64,000 bases of DNA, taken from the NCBI GenBank assembly GCA_044229975.1, contig JBGARZ010000002.1, positions 448,001 through 512,000 on the forward strand, written 5' to 3'. The number at the start of each line of letters is the position of its first letter. Position 1 is the stretch's first letter. Made by a program: the position numbers and the translations under genes. The stretch comes from Polyangiales bacterium (GTDB taxonomy: Bacteria > Myxococcota_A > Polyangia > Polyangiales > Ga0077539). The notes under the pieces are model-generated. The model ran no database searches, had not been told where the DNA came from, and saw nothing but the letters and a program-made list of their open reading frames with translations. Positions 13,548-23,374 of the stretch are shown piece by piece.

Positions 13548-14285
13548 CTACGGGTGGTGGAGGATGACCGCCGCGAGAAAGCCGACGCCCGCCAGCGTGG
13601 CTGCCGTGAGCACGGCCCGCGTGCGCTGCCTTGCGACCGCGAAGCGCTGCCACGCGGAGGCCCTCGCCTCGGGGTCGATGGCGCGGTCACCCGCCGCGGC
13701 CTGACGAAAGGGGCCCGCGCCGAAGGTGCCGTCGCCTTCGACGAACTGCTGACAGAACTGCCGCACCGAATCGACGATCTCGACGCCGAGGGTGAGGTGA
13801 TCGGAGTCGGGGGTCGCGACCCAGCGGAGGGAGATTTCACCGTCCTTGAGGGTGAGCATCGGGCCCTCGGCGCTGCGCGGCAGGGCGGCGATCTTCTCGC
13901 GCACCGACGCTTGCAGCAGCGACGTCGCGATGGAGCGCGGCGCCGACGCGATGACGAACATCCGGTCGAACTCCGCGTCGCCGACGAGCTGATCGACGGT
14001 CATCCCGAGGAGCTTGTCGAGGCCCTCGCCCACCAGCTCGGGCCGCAGCGTGAGCTCTACCGGGACACCCTCGGCGTGGCACCGCACCTCCGTCGAAGGG
14101 GGCCCGGTGAGCTCGTTGCGCAGGGTGCAGGTGAGCACCCGACCGTTGCGCTCGCCGACCATCACCGCCCGCCGATCGACGAGGTGATCGGGCTCGTCGG
14201 CGAGCGTCAGTCCAGCGACGCGGAGCGCGCGCACGGCGTCGTCGATCCAGAAGCTCCAGCGTTCGGACTTTGAGGTGTCGGCCAT
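13548..14285 (-). CDS. Hypothetical protein with C-terminal membrane anchor
   Basis: High-GC codon pattern; contains VGDAEFDRMFVI; hydrophobic C-terminus. Confidence 0.65.
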   Translation of the reverse strand: MADTSKSERWSFWIDDAVRALRVAGLTLADEPDHLVDRRAVMVGERNGRVLTCTLRNELTGPPSTEVRCHAEGVPVELTLRPELVGEGLDKLLGMTVDQLVGDAEFDRMFVIASAPRSIATSLLQASVREKIAALPRSAEGPMLTLKDGEISLRWVATPDSDHLTLGVEIVDSVRQFCQQFVEGDGTFGAGPFRQAAAGDRAIDPEARASAWQRFAVARQRTRAVLTAATLAGVGFLAAVILHHP

Positions 14286-14311
14286 GGCGGTGCGTGCTCC
14301 CTACGAGGTCA

Positions 14312-15166
14312 TCAACGCCGCGCGGCGTCGGAACCTTGGGAGGGCAGACCACGAGCCGCGCCGAAGGTTCCAGCGTCAACGCGCCGGGAGGGCAAACACG
14401 TCCCGGTCGCCGTGTCGCAGCGCAAATCTCCCGGGCACTGCCCCGCACTGCACGCCGCGATACATGCGCGGTGGGGCGCACCGGCGTCCGAGGCGATGGG
14501 GGCGACGAGGGTGGCGTGCGTCCCCTCGGGGCACGGGCGATCGAAGTGGAGCCACGGGTCCATCGCGGGCTGGCAGATGGACGAGAGCCCCACGCGCACG
14601 CAGTCCCCGCCGCCGGTGCAATCGGCGGTGCTCTCGCAGAAGCGGGTCCATCGCTCGGCGGCAGGGCGCAGCGTGCCGTCATCGGGGACGACGTGCAGCG
14701 TGCGCGCGGCGGGGACGGGAGCGTCGTTGGGGCCGTGCGGGACGGCGTCGACGACGAGCCAGGTGCCGAGGCGCACCAGGGAGAGGGAGACCTGCTCGAC
14801 CACTTCAGTAGAGCCCTCGCAGTGCCCGGCGTCGCGGCGCTGTGCCCTCATGCGCAGGCGAATCTCCCCTTCGCCGCGCTCGCTCACCGTGTAGCGCGGG
14901 ACGAACGCGCACGGCACGCGGGCTCCGACGACGGCGTAGGGCGTGCTGCCGGTGGGGGCAGGGTCGGTGAGCAGGTAGATCCACGAGATGGGGACGTCGA
15001 CCTCGCTGCCGTCGGGCGCGGCGCCCATCGGAGGGACCTCCGCGATGGCCGGAACGCGCTCAGGAGCCGGGCGGGGTGGGCCGGCGTCGGCCACGGACGG
15101 TGTCCGCGATCGATGGCACCCGAAGAGCAGCACGGCGAGGCAACCGCAGACGAGGCGCGCGTTCAT
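14312..15166 (-). CDS. Hypothetical Cys-rich lipoprotein
   Basis: Lipobox LLFGC; C-terminal Cys-rich region (CESTADC..., CIAACSAGQCPGDLRC). Confidence 0.7.
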   Translation of the reverse strand: MNARLVCGCLAVLLFGCHRSRTPSVADAGPPRPAPERVPAIAEVPPMGAAPDGSEVDVPISWIYLLTDPAPTGSTPYAVVGARVPCAFVPRYTVSERGEGEIRLRMRAQRRDAGHCEGSTEVVEQVSLSLVRLGTWLVVDAVPHGPNDAPVPAARTLHVVPDDGTLRPAAERWTRFCESTADCTGGGDCVRVGLSSICQPAMDPWLHFDRPCPEGTHATLVAPIASDAGAPHRACIAACSAGQCPGDLRCDTATGTCLPSRRVDAGTFGAARGLPSQGSDAARR

Positions 15167-15200
15167 GCGACGGGCGACGTAGCACAGCTTTCGGGAGGCT

Positions 15201-15253
15201 TTGACACCATCGCGGAGCGGGTATATCCCGGCTCGCTGAATGGCGGTTCAGCG
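15201..15253 (+). promoter_or_regulatory. Candidate promoter plus palindromic operator upstream of the SCP2 gene
   Basis: TTGACA (15201)-N17-TATCCC, then perfect inverted repeat CGCTGAA-N6-TTCAGCG (15234-15253). Confidence 0.5.
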
Positions 15254-15283
15254 TAGAACCCGCCTGATCACGGAGGCTCTGTC

Positions 15284-15616
15284 ATGACCGTCGACATCAA
15301 GAAGCTGTTCAACGAGGAGATCCCCGGGGCCCTGGCCAAGCGCGGCGACGACGCCCGCAAGATCGGCGGCAAGTACCAGCTCAACATCGCCAACGCGGGG
15401 AGCTGGACGGTCGACCTGATCTCCAATCCTCCGGCGGTCACCGAGGGCACCGCCACCGACGCGGGCGTGACCATCGACGTGGCGGACACGGACTTCCAGA
15501 CGATGATCGCCGACCCCAGCGCGGGCATGAAGCTCTTCTTCGCGGGCAAGCTGAAGGTCAAGGGCAACCAGATGCTCGCCATGAACCTCCAGAAGCTCTT
15601 CGGCCTCCTCAAGTAG
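15284..15616 (+). CDS. SCP2 sterol-carrier domain protein
   Basis: GSWTVDL, MKLFFAGKLKVKGNQMLAMNL; SD GGAGG upstream. Confidence 0.9.
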   Translation: MTVDIKKLFNEEIPGALAKRGDDARKIGGKYQLNIANAGSWTVDLISNPPAVTEGTATDAGVTIDVADTDFQTMIADPSAGMKLFFAGKLKVKGNQMLAMNLQKLFGLLK

Positions 15617-15645
15617 TCTCCCTCCCCGCCTCGCTACTCCACTCT

Positions 15646-15668
15646 GGTCACCGGCACCCCCGGTGACC
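15646..15668 (+). terminator. Intergenic 9-bp perfect hairpin (terminator or mRNA stabiliser)
   Basis: GGTCACCGG-CACCC-CCGGTGACC; no U-tract. Confidence 0.4.
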
Positions 15669-15682
15669 GATGCTCCCGCCCG

Positions 15683-16885
15683 ATGCTCCCTGAATCACTC
15701 CGCCACCGGCGCCCGCTGGAGGGCGTTCGTGTGCTCGACCTCACGCGGCTGCTCCCCGGGCCCTTCGCGTCGCTGGTGCTCGCCGATCTCGGCGCCACCG
15801 TCGACAAGCTCGAAGACCCCTTCCCCGGCGACTACCTCCGCCAGATGCCTCCGTCGAAGGGAGGACAGAGCTCGACGTGGCAGGCGCTCAACCGCGACAA
15901 GCGCAGCCTCGTCGTCGACCTGAAGACACCCGAGGGCGTCGAGACCCTGAAGGCGCTCGTTCCGCACTACGACGTCTTGTTGGAGGGCTTCCGCCCCGGT
16001 GTGCTCGACCGGCTCGGCGTCGGCCACGCCGCGCTGCGCGCGCTGCATCCGGGACTCATCGTGTGCGCCATCACGGGATACGGACAGGATGGTCCTCTCG
16101 CGAAGCGCGCTGGTCACGACCTCAACTACCTCGCGCGAGCAGGTGTGCTGGGTGTGACCGGTCCCGCCGACGGAGCACCGGCTGTGTCCGGCGCGCAGAT
16201 GGCCGACGTCGCGGGCGGCGCGTTGTGGGCGGTGGTGGCGATTCTCGCGGCGCTCCACGAGCGGGCGCGGACGGGCGTCGGGGCGGTGGCCGACATCGCC
16301 ATGTGCGAAGGCGCGCTGCCGTTGGCGACCTTCGCGCTGGGATCGCTCTTCGCGGGCGAGCGACCGAGGGCGCGCGGGGACGGCGTGCTCGACGGCGGCA
16401 TCGCGGCCTACTCGACGTACCTCACGGCGGACGGGCAGGCGGTGGCGCTCGGTGCGTTGGAGCCGAAGTTCTGGACGGCCTTTGCGACCGCGGTGGGCAT
16501 CGAGCCGACGCTCGACGCGCTCGTCCCCGGCGAACACCAGGCGGCGTTGAAGGCGTCGGTGGCAGCCATCTTCGCGAGTCGCACCCGCACCGAGTGGGAG
16601 GACTTCGCCAGGCGCCATGACTGCTGCATCGAGCCCGTCCTCGAAGCGCACGAGCTGCCCGACGACGCGCAGCACAAACACCGCGGGGTCTTCTTCGAGT
16701 CGCCGGGGTTTGGGGGAGATCCGATGCTGGCGTTTCGTACGCCGGTGGGCGCGGGGGCAGACGCGAGTCACTCGCCGCCGCGGGCGGCCGGAGCGGATAC
16801 GCGTGAGGTGTTGCGGGAAGCGGGTCTCGACGACGAGCGCATCGACGCGCTCGCCGCGAGCGGCGCGATCAGATGCGGCGAATGA
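15683..16885 (+). CDS. CaiB/BaiF family CoA-transferase (alpha-methylacyl-CoA racemase-like)
   Basis: PLEGVRVLDLTRLLPGP, LNRDKRS, EGFRPGV, AGHDLNY, QMADVAGG. Confidence 0.93.
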   Translation: MLPESLRHRRPLEGVRVLDLTRLLPGPFASLVLADLGATVDKLEDPFPGDYLRQMPPSKGGQSSTWQALNRDKRSLVVDLKTPEGVETLKALVPHYDVLLEGFRPGVLDRLGVGHAALRALHPGLIVCAITGYGQDGPLAKRAGHDLNYLARAGVLGVTGPADGAPAVSGAQMADVAGGALWAVVAILAALHERARTGVGAVADIAMCEGALPLATFALGSLFAGERPRARGDGVLDGGIAAYSTYLTADGQAVALGALEPKFWTAFATAVGIEPTLDALVPGEHQAALKASVAAIFASRTRTEWEDFARRHDCCIEPVLEAHELPDDAQHKHRGVFFESPGFGGDPMLAFRTPVGAGADASHSPPRAAGADTREVLREAGLDDERIDALAASGAIRCGE

Positions 16886-17282
16886 CGGGAAGGCCCGCGG
16901 CCTCGTAGCGACGGACGACGCCGGAGCGGCGCGTGTCGGAGAGGAAGCGCTCGCAGAGCGGGCCTAGACCGAGCGGCTTCCAGAGGATGGTTCCGAGCGC
17001 GTGGGCGCGGACGAGGAGCTCGCCGCTTGCGCCGCCGGTGACGAAGCAGAGGTCGATCTGCGGCACCTGCTGACGGACGCGCTCGGCCAGCGTGACGCCG
17101 TCGCCGTCGGGGAGCGTGAGCTCGATGAGGGCGCGGCTCCAGGCGGTGGACTCCTTGAGCGCGGCCACCGTCTCCTGCACGTCGGCGCACGCGTCGACCC
17201 CGACGCCGCGCGCTCGCAGCGCCCGCATCAACGGCACGCGCAGCGCTTCATCGGGCTCGACCACCAGCACTCGAATGGACAT
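16869..17282 (-). CDS. Single-domain atypical response regulator (receiver lacking the phospho-Asp)
   Basis: RVLVVEPD, LIELTLPDGDG, FVTG, LWKP. Confidence 0.75.
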   Translation of the reverse strand: MSIRVLVVEPDEALRVPLMRALRARGVGVDACADVQETVAALKESTAWSRALIELTLPDGDGVTLAERVRQQVPQIDLCFVTGGASGELLVRAHALGTILWKPLGLGPLCERFLSDTRRSGVVRRYEAAGLPVIRRI

Positions 17283-17336
17283 CGGAGACCTCCTGTCGGC
17301 GATGGTCGTGAGTTTGCGGGAGTGCCGCGACGGAGA

Positions 17337-18560
17337 TCAAGGGCCGCGGAGCAACGCCGACAGCCCCATGGCCGCGCCCGCGAGCAGCAGCAGCGACACG
17401 CCCGCCGCCAGGACGCCGAGTCGTTCGCGGCGGGCGACTTCGAGCGGGAGCAGCGACGACGGGCCGCGCGCGAGTCCCGCGCCGACGAGCAGCGCCACCT
17501 CCAACGCCACGCTGACCACCAAGCCCGCGGCGCACAACACGCGGGAGCGGTTCATACGTCGTTGGGTAAGATCGCGGGCCTCGGCGGGGCCATCCCAGAG
17601 CACCCGGAGCGGCGGCAGCGGAGGGGGCGACAGGCGACCGCGTGCGAGGCGCTGGCCCAAGGGCGTCGCGAGACAGGGTGCACGCGACGGACGCACCAGC
17701 GGAGACACCGGCTCGGACAGGTCGTGGTCACGAGCGGCGATCACCCAGGCGACACCCGGCGGGAGCGCCACCGTGGCCCTCCCCTCGCCCGCCTCGTCGG
17801 CGAGCGTCGCGGCCGACCACCATGTCGCGCCCGACGCATCGCCCGCGATCACGTGCCCCGTTGCGCCTGCACTCGTGGCTCGCAACACCACGGCGCCGCC
17901 ATCGTCGCGCACGGCGATGCCACCCGGGACCAACGGCAGCCGAAGCTCGTGACGCTCGTCCCCACCGGGCCGTGGGATGACCAGCGAGACCGGCGCCCCG
18001 AGGCCCATGACACGCACGCTGAAGCGCACGAGGCCGCACGCATCCGCGAGCCCGAGCACGGGGTCGACAGAGACCTCTTCGGTCACCGGGACCAGGCGCG
18101 CGGAGACGGCGCCAGGGTCGACCACGACGTCACCGGCGAGCTCGGGCAGGAGGGTTCCTTCGAGGACGTGCAGGCGATCGCGAGCGGGCGTCGCGGGTGC
18201 AAGCGTCGACGAGGGATGCGGCGTGACGCGCAGGCGGTGGGTGCCGGTGGCGTCGGTGAGATCGAGCGCGAGGGTGCGCGCGTCGGAGGCGACCATCACG
18301 CGAAACCAGGCGCCTCGATCGCGAAGGAAACCGATGGGAGCGACGGCGGTCCCGGAGAGTGAAAGCCGTGGTGGAGAGGCCATGCGCTCGCCCGCGATTG
18401 GGCGCGCTCGCAGCAGCCACGGTCGCCCCGGAGACGGCTCCCCGAGCGCCTCCAGTCGGTAACCGGGATCGGCGATGGGGCCCACGGGCGGCGAGATCGC
18501 CAACACCGCGAAGACGGCGGCGCTCACGGCCGGCGGGAGAACCCAGCGATCCCAGCGCAC
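17337..18560 (-). CDS. Hypothetical membrane protein
   Basis: N-terminal hydrophobic segment and two C-terminal TM segments; fills the gap between neighbouring genes. Confidence 0.55.
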   Translation of the reverse strand: MRWDRWVLPPAVSAAVFAVLAISPPVGPIADPGYRLEALGEPSPGRPWLLRARPIAGERMASPPRLSLSGTAVAPIGFLRDRGAWFRVMVASDARTLALDLTDATGTHRLRVTPHPSSTLAPATPARDRLHVLEGTLLPELAGDVVVDPGAVSARLVPVTEEVSVDPVLGLADACGLVRFSVRVMGLGAPVSLVIPRPGGDERHELRLPLVPGGIAVRDDGGAVVLRATSAGATGHVIAGDASGATWWSAATLADEAGEGRATVALPPGVAWVIAARDHDLSEPVSPLVRPSRAPCLATPLGQRLARGRLSPPPLPPLRVLWDGPAEARDLTQRRMNRSRVLCAAGLVVSVALEVALLVGAGLARGPSSLLPLEVARRERLGVLAAGVSLLLLAGAAMGLSALLRGP

Positions 18561-18676
18561 CCGCCGACCATACCCGACGCCCGCACCGACCGGTCACTCC
18601 AGCGACCACCTCACATCCGCCAACCGTGGTTGACGGTCACCTCGCGGCGCCGCCATGTTCGTTGACGGAACCCCTC

Positions 18677-21600
18677 GTGCAAGGACTCCCTCGCGTGGAA
18701 ACCCTCGGGCCCGGCAGCATCCTCGTCGGTCGGTACGAACTCCAGCGGCGCCTCGGGTCGGGCACCGAAGGGTCGGTCTGGAAGGCGCGTGACCTCCATG
18801 GGGACGGAATACCCTGTGCGGTAAAAGTACAGGCCACGGCGCTCGACCCGGCGCTCGCCCGCCTGCTGCTCTCGCTCGACCACCCGCACGTTGCGCGAAC
18901 GCGAGACCTCGGCGCGCTGCCCGGCGGTGGCTCCTTCGTCGTGATGGAGCTGGTCGAAGGCGTCGCCCTCGATGCCGTCGACGACGTCGGGGGCGTCGTC
19001 CGGGCGGGGGCGTCGGTGGCAGGCGCGCTGGAGTTCCTGCACGGCGCGGGGGTTGTCCATGGCGACGTGAAGCCCGCCAACATCGTGGTGCGGGGAGACA
19101 GCGCCGTGCTCGTCGACCTGGGCATCGCGCGCTCGTCCGGCGACGCGCGCGAGGGGTCGTCGGGGAGCCTGGCGTTCATGTCCCCGGAGGCGCTCTTCGG
19201 GGCGGCGACGCCCGCGCGCGACCTCTATGCCCTCGGCGTGTCGCTCGTGGTCGCCCTGGGCAAGGGGCACCCGTGGGTCGAGGACCCGACCGACGCCCGC
19301 GCGGTGCTCGCATCCCTCGTGCGCCCCGCCGGAACCATACGAGCCCGTGTATTCGATCGGGTCCCGGCGCCGCTGCGCACGGTGCTCGCGTCCGCGGTGG
19401 CGCACGACCCGGCGGACCGTCCTTCGTCGGCGGGAGCGTTTCTCCGTCGGTGGCGCCTCGACAGCGCCGAGTGGCTCCCCGCGACGGTCGTCGACGCGGC
19501 GTGGACCACCGACGACGAGACGATCCCCGCGGCTCCCCGGTGGCGCGGCGGCGACGCGGCGGCGCGACACGTCGCCGAGCAGCTCGGCCGCGCGGCGACG
19601 GGGGACAGCGCGGGTGTGGTGATCGTGGGCCCCGAAGGGTCGGGGCGCCGACGGCTGCTCGAAGACGCCGTGCGCCTCGCGCGAACGGACGCAGCCGCCC
19701 GCGGAGAAGTGCTCGCGCGACGGGATGCGACGCCGACGTCGTGTGAGCGGCCGACGGCGTTCGTGATGGTCGACGCGTCGGCGGCGACGCTGCGGTTGGC
19801 GGCGGACGTGGTGGAGCGCTCGCGACGGTACGGCGAGGCGCACCCGATGGTGCTGGTCGCGACGTCCATGGAGGCGGTCGACGACGCCCGACTCGTCGTC
19901 GTCGAGAGGGCGGCGCTGTCGACGGACGCGCTCGCTGCCCTGCTTGGTGACCTGCACCGCGCCCCGGTGGCGGCCGCGGTGGTGCGGCGGTGGGCGGAGG
20001 CGACGGGCGGGTGGTCGGGACGCGTGGTGGGTCTGTCGCGTGAGCTCGGCCCGACGGCGATCACCACGGCAGCGTTGCCGATGCGCGCCTCGACGCCGGG
20101 GGCACCTGCGCCGGTCGGCCTGGGCGACGATGCGCTGCGCCTCCTGCGCCGCCTTGCGTTGGCGCGCGATGCCGTGCCCCGCGAGGCTCTCCACGGTGAC
20201 ACCGCGCTCGCGACGCTCGAGGCGCGCGGACTCGTCGTGTCAGAGCGCGGAGGGGTTCGCGCCACGGCGGCGGCGGGCCGACCGGAGCCGGGAGATGGCC
20301 CCGCGGTGGGTGCGCTCGCGGAGCGACTGTCGGCGCTGGGCGCGCACGGCGCTGCGGCGCGGATGTTTGCCTGGGGAGGTGACCGCGCCCGAGCGAGCGC
20401 CGCGACGAGGCTCGCGCTGAGCGACCCCGAGGGCTCCACCGACGAGCAGATCGGGTTGCTGCGGGAGGCGCACGCCTGGGTCGAGCCCGCGTGGCTGCAC
20501 GCGACCTGGATGGCCGCGGCGCTCTGTCGCGCGGGTCGCCACGCGGAGGCGCGGGCGTGGACGGAGGGCGCGGGGACACCGGCGGCGGTGCTGCTGCATG
20601 GCGAGGTGCTCCTTCGCGCGGGCGATCGCGAGGGGGCGCGGCGCTGGGCGGAGGCGCATCGTTCACTGGCGGGTGACGTCGGCGTCGCGGGTCGCGTGCT
20701 CGAACACCGCGCGGCCCTCGATCGCGGAGAGCCTCCGTCGGCCGATGAGCTCGGCGTGACCTTCGCGGAGGCGACGCGGCCGGGGGGCGACGAGCTGCTC
20801 GCCGCGCGCGTGTTGGAGCTCGCGACGCTGAGCGCGCTCGGTCGCGACGAACGCGATGGGGCCAAGGGGTTCTGTGACGCGTGGGCGCAGCGGTTGGGCG
20901 TGCACGCAGCGCGTGACCCGCGGCTCGCGGGCGTACGGGGGTTGCTGGCGCAGCGGTCGGGCGACCTCGTCGGCGCGGCGGCGGCGTACCGGCGGGCGTG
21001 GGAGTCGGCGAGCCGCGACGGCGACGCGCGGGCAGCGGCGACCTACCTGATGAACCTCGGCGCGGCCTCCCTGGAATCGGGCGCCCTCGGCGAGGCGTAT
21101 CGGGCGATGCGACGCTCGGCCTCGCTCTTCGCGGCGGAGGGCAACGGCGCGTCGCTCGCGCGGGCGCTCGCCAACGTGGCGTCGCTCTCCATCTGGATCG
21201 GCGCCAACGAGGAGTCCGCGTCGCTCATCGCGCGGGCGCGGCGCGCGGCCGAAGAAGCGGGCGATGTGCTGACGGCGCGGTGGGTCGACGCCCTGGAGGC
21301 GGAGGCGTCGGGCGATGCGTCGCGGTCGCCGACGTATGCCGACGCGGTGGCGACGCTGGGCGCGCCCGTCCTCGCGGCTGAGCTGCGGGCGCGGTGGGCG
21401 TTGGGCGCGATCGACGCGGGATCGCTCGACGAAGCCGCTGCCGCGCTCGGCGTGGCGGGTGCTGACGACGGAGCGATGACGTCGCTGGCCCGCTTCGCGC
21501 TCGCGGTGCGCGGTCACCCGAGGTTCGGCGCCCCGGAGGCCGCCGAGGTGCGGGCGCGCCGTGGCGTCGAGGCCGACCCGAGCGTCGAGCACGAGCTGCT

Positions 21601-23374
21601 CCTCCTTGCGTGGTCGGAGGCGGCAGCGGAGCTCACGGGCGATCGGGCCCGCGCCGACTCGATGCGCGCGCGGCGACGTCACCGGGTGGACGCCCTGGCC
21701 GCGACGCTGCCCGATGCGATGGCGGACTGCTTCCGTCGGCGACACGCGCCCTCCGCGCGAGCCGAGGCGGTCGAGCGCGGCGTGAGCGCGACGGACGACG
21801 CGCGCTGGCGCTGGATGCTCTCGGTGGTGCAGCGCATCCACGCCGAGCCGAAGCTCCAGCCGCTGCTCGACCGGGTGATGGACGCGATCATCGAGCTCAC
21901 CGGGGCGTCGCGGGGGTTCTTGTTGTTGCGCGAGGCGGACGGGACGCTGAAGGTGCGCAACGCGCGCAACCTCGGGGCGCGCGACCTCGTGGGCGACGAG
22001 GCCGTGGTGTCACGGTCCATCGCGGAGCGCGTGGCCAACACGGGCGAGGCGCTGGTCACCGTCGACGCCGCGACCGACCACCGCTTCGACGCTACGCAGA
22101 GCGTCGTCGGGTTGCGCCTGCGCTCGGTGCTCGCGGTTCCGCTGCGGGTGCACGGCGAGGTCGTCGGAACCATCTACGTCGACGATCGTCTCCGCGCGGG
22201 TGCCTTCGACGAGCGGGCGCAGTCGCTCGCCGGAGCCTTCGCGGACGCTGCCGCGGTGGCCATCGACAACGCGCGCTCGCGCTCGGAGCTGCGCCGCGCC
22301 CTGCGTCGCTCGGAGCGCCTCGCCGATGAGCTCGAACGCGCCGTCGCGAAGCAGCGCGCCGAGCTGGAGACCGCGCGCAAGGCGGTCGACCCGGCAGCGA
22401 CGCGAGGTCACTACGAGCCTCTGGTGGGGCGCGGTGATGCGATGCGCCGGATGCTCTCGCTGCTCGACCGCGTCGCGCCGACGCCCATGCCGGTGCTTCT
22501 GCAAGGAGAGTCGGGCACCGGGAAGGAGCTCGTCGCGCGGGCGCTCCATGACAACAGCCCGCGGGCGGCGCGGCCCTTCGTGGCCGAGAACTGCGGCGCC
22601 ATCCCCGAGACCCTGCTGGAGAGCACGTTGTTCGGGCACGTTCGCGGGGCGTTTACCGGCGCCGACAGGCCGCGCGCCGGGCTCTTCGAGGCGGCCGACG
22701 GAGGGACGCTCTTCCTCGACGAGATCGGCGAGATGTCGCCCGGGATGCAGTCGCGGCTCCTGCGCGTGTTGCAGGAGGGCGAGGTGCGCGCGGTGGGCAG
22801 CGAGCGTGTGCGCAAGGTCGACGTGCGCTTGATCGCGGCGACGCACCGCGACCTCCAGGAGATGGTCGCGCGCGGCACCTTCCGCGAGGACCTCTACTAT
22901 CGCCTCGCGGTGATCGTGGTGCGGGTGCCGGCGTTGCGTGATCGGCGGGAGGACATCCCCGAGCTCGTGGCGCACTTCCTCCAGCGCTCGGCGCGGCGCG
23001 AGGTGAGCGTCGACCGGGCGGCGCTCGCGGCCCTCTGCGCGGCCCCGTGGCCGGGCAACGTGCGGCAGCTCCAGAACGAGGTGCTGCGCGCGGCCGTGCT
23101 GTCCGAGGACGTGATTCGCGCCGAGCACCTGACCGTCGGCGTGAGCTCGCCGGAGCCGCGCGCTGCCCCGACCGGGCACTCGGGCCTCGACCTGCGCAAC
23201 GCGGTGGAGGACGTCGAGCGCGCCATGGTGCTGCGAGCGCTCGCGTCGCACGGCGGCAACCAGACCCGCGCCGCGAAGACGCTGGGCCTGTCGCGCTTCG
23301 GGTTGCAGAAGAAGTTGAGGCGGTTGGGAATCTCCGCGCGGGATGTCAGCGCGGAGGCGGAGCGGAAGAGCTGA
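18677..23374 (+). CDS. Ser/Thr kinase - degenerate NTPase - TPR-like - GAF - sigma54 activator (AAA+, Fis HTH) fusion
   Basis: GSGTEG, AVK, HGDVKPAN, DLG, MSPE; GAF LRSVLAVPL..GTIYVD; GESGTGKE, GAFTGA, FLDEIGE, FREDLYYRL, WPGNVRQL, GNQTRAAKTLGLSR; start estimated. Confidence 0.9.
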   Translation: MQGLPRVETLGPGSILVGRYELQRRLGSGTEGSVWKARDLHGDGIPCAVKVQATALDPALARLLLSLDHPHVARTRDLGALPGGGSFVVMELVEGVALDAVDDVGGVVRAGASVAGALEFLHGAGVVHGDVKPANIVVRGDSAVLVDLGIARSSGDAREGSSGSLAFMSPEALFGAATPARDLYALGVSLVVALGKGHPWVEDPTDARAVLASLVRPAGTIRARVFDRVPAPLRTVLASAVAHDPADRPSSAGAFLRRWRLDSAEWLPATVVDAAWTTDDETIPAAPRWRGGDAAARHVAEQLGRAATGDSAGVVIVGPEGSGRRRLLEDAVRLARTDAAARGEVLARRDATPTSCERPTAFVMVDASAATLRLAADVVERSRRYGEAHPMVLVATSMEAVDDARLVVVERAALSTDALAALLGDLHRAPVAAAVVRRWAEATGGWSGRVVGLSRELGPTAITTAALPMRASTPGAPAPVGLGDDALRLLRRLALARDAVPREALHGDTALATLEARGLVVSERGGVRATAAAGRPEPGDGPAVGALAERLSALGAHGAAARMFAWGGDRARASAATRLALSDPEGSTDEQIGLLREAHAWVEPAWLHATWMAAALCRAGRHAEARAWTEGAGTPAAVLLHGEVLLRAGDREGARRWAEAHRSLAGDVGVAGRVLEHRAALDRGEPPSADELGVTFAEATRPGGDELLAARVLELATLSALGRDERDGAKGFCDAWAQRLGVHAARDPRLAGVRGLLAQRSGDLVGAAAAYRRAWESASRDGDARAAATYLMNLGAASLESGALGEAYRAMRRSASLFAAEGNGASLARALANVASLSIWIGANEESASLIARARRAAEEAGDVLTARWVDALEAEASGDASRSPTYADAVATLGAPVLAAELRARWALGAIDAGSLDEAAAALGVAGADDGAMTSLARFALAVRGHPRFGAPEAAEVRARRGVEADPSVEHELLLLAWSEAAAELTGDRARADSMRARRRHRVDALAATLPDAMADCFRRRHAPSARAEAVERGVSATDDARWRWMLSVVQRIHAEPKLQPLLDRVMDAIIELTGASRGFLLLREADGTLKVRNARNLGARDLVGDEAVVSRSIAERVANTGEALVTVDAATDHRFDATQSVVGLRLRSVLAVPLRVHGEVVGTIYVDDRLRAGAFDERAQSLAGAFADAAAVAIDNARSRSELRRALRRSERLADELERAVAKQRAELETARKAVDPAATRGHYEPLVGRGDAMRRMLSLLDRVAPTPMPVLLQGESGTGKELVARALHDNSPRAARPFVAENCGAIPETLLESTLFGHVRGAFTGADRPRAGLFEAADGGTLFLDEIGEMSPGMQSRLLRVLQEGEVRAVGSERVRKVDVRLIAATHRDLQEMVARGTFREDLYYRLAVIVVRVPALRDRREDIPELVAHFLQRSARREVSVDRAALAALCAAPWPGNVRQLQNEVLRAAVLSEDVIRAEHLTVGVSSPEPRAAPTGHSGLDLRNAVEDVERAMVLRALASHGGNQTRAAKTLGLSRFGLQKKLRRLGISARDVSAEAERKS

